Below are positions 63,401-64,000 of a stretch of DNA of 64,000 nucleotides, one piece after another; the first letter of the stretch is position 1, and each line of letters begins with the position of its first letter. The translations under genes and the position numbers were made by a program. Source of the stretch: a virus (taxonomy: Duplodnaviria > Heunggongvirae > Uroviricota > Caudoviricetes); IMG/VR virus record IMGVR_UViG_3300025310_000004, positions 59,759 to 123,758 of that record; one strand, written 5' to 3'. The notes under the pieces are model-generated. The model had not been told where the DNA came from, ran no database searches, and saw nothing but the letters and a program-made list of their open reading frames with translations.

Positions 63401-64000
63401 TGCCCAGAACATCTTCGATGGTTTCCCTGGTCCGAACTTCCAGCCTGACGCCGACCTGTCGCGCCAGGCCGCAGCCGCAGCGTTCTATCGCTACAACGGG
63501 TCACCAGCCTTCGTTCCCCCTGGCGTTCCCACCTACACGGATGTCCCCCTGATCCACCCCTTCTATCTTGAGATCGAGTGGTGCACCTTCGCATCCATCA
63601 TGTTCGGCTTCGGCGATGGCACGTTCCGACCCACCGATCCGACCACGCGTCAGTCGATGGCTACCTTCTTCTACCGCAATGCTGGCAGCCCTCCCTACGC
63701 TCCTGTTGTCTACACCCCGACGCTGCCTCCCCACTTCTTCGATGTGCCTGAAACCGATCCTCAGTTCCAGCAGATCGAGTGGATGTACGACCAGGGGATC
63801 GGGTTCGGCTTCGTGGCATCGAAGTCCTGGCAGCCCATTGGTTGGGCTCTCGATCCCGATGCGGCCTTCCCTCCCGAGAACTGCAACCTCTACATCGCCA
63901 CGATCAACGGCGAGGAACCGGACACCAGCCCTATCAAGGAGTTGGTGGAGGTTCCATGGGATGAGTTCGTTCCCGACTGTGGGCCGTTCCCATCCGCCCC
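60459..64000 (+). CDS. minor tail protein with six C-terminal SLH-like repeats (3' partial)
   Basis: No stop from the GTG at 60459 to the window end. Repeats F.DV....PFY.EIEW...Q.I..GYGDGTFRP....SR..AA..FYR begin at ~62790. Confidence 0.6.
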   Translation, partial: MYSGYLYFNSTEIANNQRVVAYLNGNPSLGIPGLKSPNLSVSPSCGCDALCLYCDQGSGEGGAFVSPKLDDAPWYDPDVPDSESFAGFFIEDITGFDSVVRRDFSDGAISGGSLGPLRLSGRCMTVTGWLMASTCCGAEYGLRWLQEALMGNVCDECAYGDLYMIKCCPPEGDTCHTVEVGATDTVPDTTVPFSVTNNADGTYTFFIDDALQANLISDPDGLINNTDGPIPACYGAGNTFRFVLADDLGAIFTFLIPFEAITSAVTSPSGNGADMTFVVDTNVVGSCDDVVRSIEKFTTQVTEYLSTYSSAELVDLTSPTQVRCFETREGYNPDDYVRLLHRVGLTEGPTVLERLGTCCESNCGCVYLKVEFTLCSESPYIFSDIDWCIEGETFDFDECYCLDTRRLCNICSTQDATKFVERETRRPNCPITLRYDQTWCPEQWPDGVEDCPPVDCLLTIGSLEEFEPEDNSETTTGTATGENTLLVNLNADFTWSPIGFNPEDGFPPDFADLYLFNGGNCWQPFENPYSVDGGTSDCDYFVTLGPPGSYTWSPFLWNPVATGFPPEPCAISIVPSLCECPTTSPRPEPPDTDPPTPDPVIDCGGGIWYNPEDCTRGCDPCGACNTCKPDCGTDGEPIRAPIRLIWNKANNTYRFEILTFVTGAGGVTGYGNIDCFEITEYVVEGVKPCLVRLIYDEGTKSQTWEPIRWSGSLPAPSDCDCIQIAEIVVNKTETLDCVDATDCPINVQCDVEWRPEDCTTRQAMCAFFYRLNGSPPFVPPTTPTFSDVPTSNAFYTEIEWAYAQGLTDGFGDGTFRPENSVSRQAAAAFFYRDAGEPAFTLPYNQTFSDVDPTHPFYTEIEWVADQCIFFGYGDGTYRPEDCLTRRSAAITIYRYGGGKPSYSDVDQTHPFFNEIEWARDQRIFCGYGDGTFQPGNDLSRRIAAVNFYRDAGEPAFVPPGVPTFLDVPTTDPQYLEIEWAYAQNIFDGFPGPNFQPDADLSRQAAAAAFYRYNGSPAFVPPGVPTYTDVPLIHPFYLEIEWCTFASIMFGFGDGTFRPTDPTTRQSMATFFYRNAGSPPYAPVVYTPTLPPHFFDVPETDPQFQQIEWMYDQGIGFGFVASKSWQPIGWALDPDAAFPPENCNLYIATINGEEPDTSPIKELVEVPWDEFVPDCGPFPSA

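Noticed and set aside
1-64000. CRISPR array, integrase/attachment site, tmRNA
   Set aside because: No direct-repeat-spacer array and no tyrosine or serine recombinase motif were found. No tmRNA-like 5' acceptor with a tag-peptide ORF and ACCA 3' end is recognisable.

Overview
This window is a GC-rich (~63-65%) tailed-phage genome segment with actinobacteriophage features (WhiB-like regulators, leaderless starts, an intein). It contains no CRISPR array, no integrase and no recognisable tmRNA.

Layout of the window:
- Left arm (1-8.3 kb): a glycosyltransferase/sulfotransferase-like/methyltransferase cassette, then a leftward block with WhiB, small Zn-ribbon proteins, a Cas4-type nuclease, HNH, SSB and a HIRAN-domain protein.
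- 8.4-15.2 kb: a portal gene interrupted by a Hint/LAGLIDADG intein, then an unusual 1229-aa ORF fusing an N-terminal 2H (LigT-like) phosphoesterase domain, a tandem ~130-aa repeat and a U35 prohead-protease domain.
- 15-36 kb: a translation/RNA-repair island.
  - About 45 tRNA or tRNA-like genes in six clusters. Several are degenerate: one lacks an anticodon loop, some have non-canonical loops, and three tandem T-arm/acceptor minihelices are nested in one long-range helix.
  - An Rnl-type RNA ligase next to a T4-like polynucleotide kinase-phosphatase (Pnkp).
  - A LAGLIDADG homing endonuclease fused to a duplicated ligase N-terminus.
  - A dNMP-kinase-like P-loop protein, a nucleotidyltransferase and a dCMP deaminase.
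  - A Ro60 (TROVE+vWA) orthologue preceded by a tandem array of Y-RNA-like repeats carrying tRNA-like T-arms.
- 36-64 kb: structural genes. These include a capsid gene with an N-terminal scaffold-like domain, three paralogous repeat-containing fibre-like genes, duplicated Cys-rich paralogues, three HNH genes, an HK97 gp10-like protein, chaperones, a 2236-aa tape measure protein, and a minor tail protein with six SLH-like repeats that runs off the end of the window.

Key findings:
1. A truncated class-I release-factor homologue that lacks domain 1 (RF-H/PrfH-like). Its reading frame is restored only by a +1 shift at a canonical prfB-type cassette (AAGGAG-UGC-CUU-UGA-C). A metallophosphoesterase gene follows it.
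2. A conserved roughly 30-bp promoter/operator motif, TGTCGCACCC-N5-6-(TG)n-TAGGGT, present about 10 times. Most copies sit 6-8 nt upstream of a leaderless start codon, and several are followed by a tiny ORF and then a tRNA cluster.

Coordinates I derived by hand may be off by 1-2 nt.
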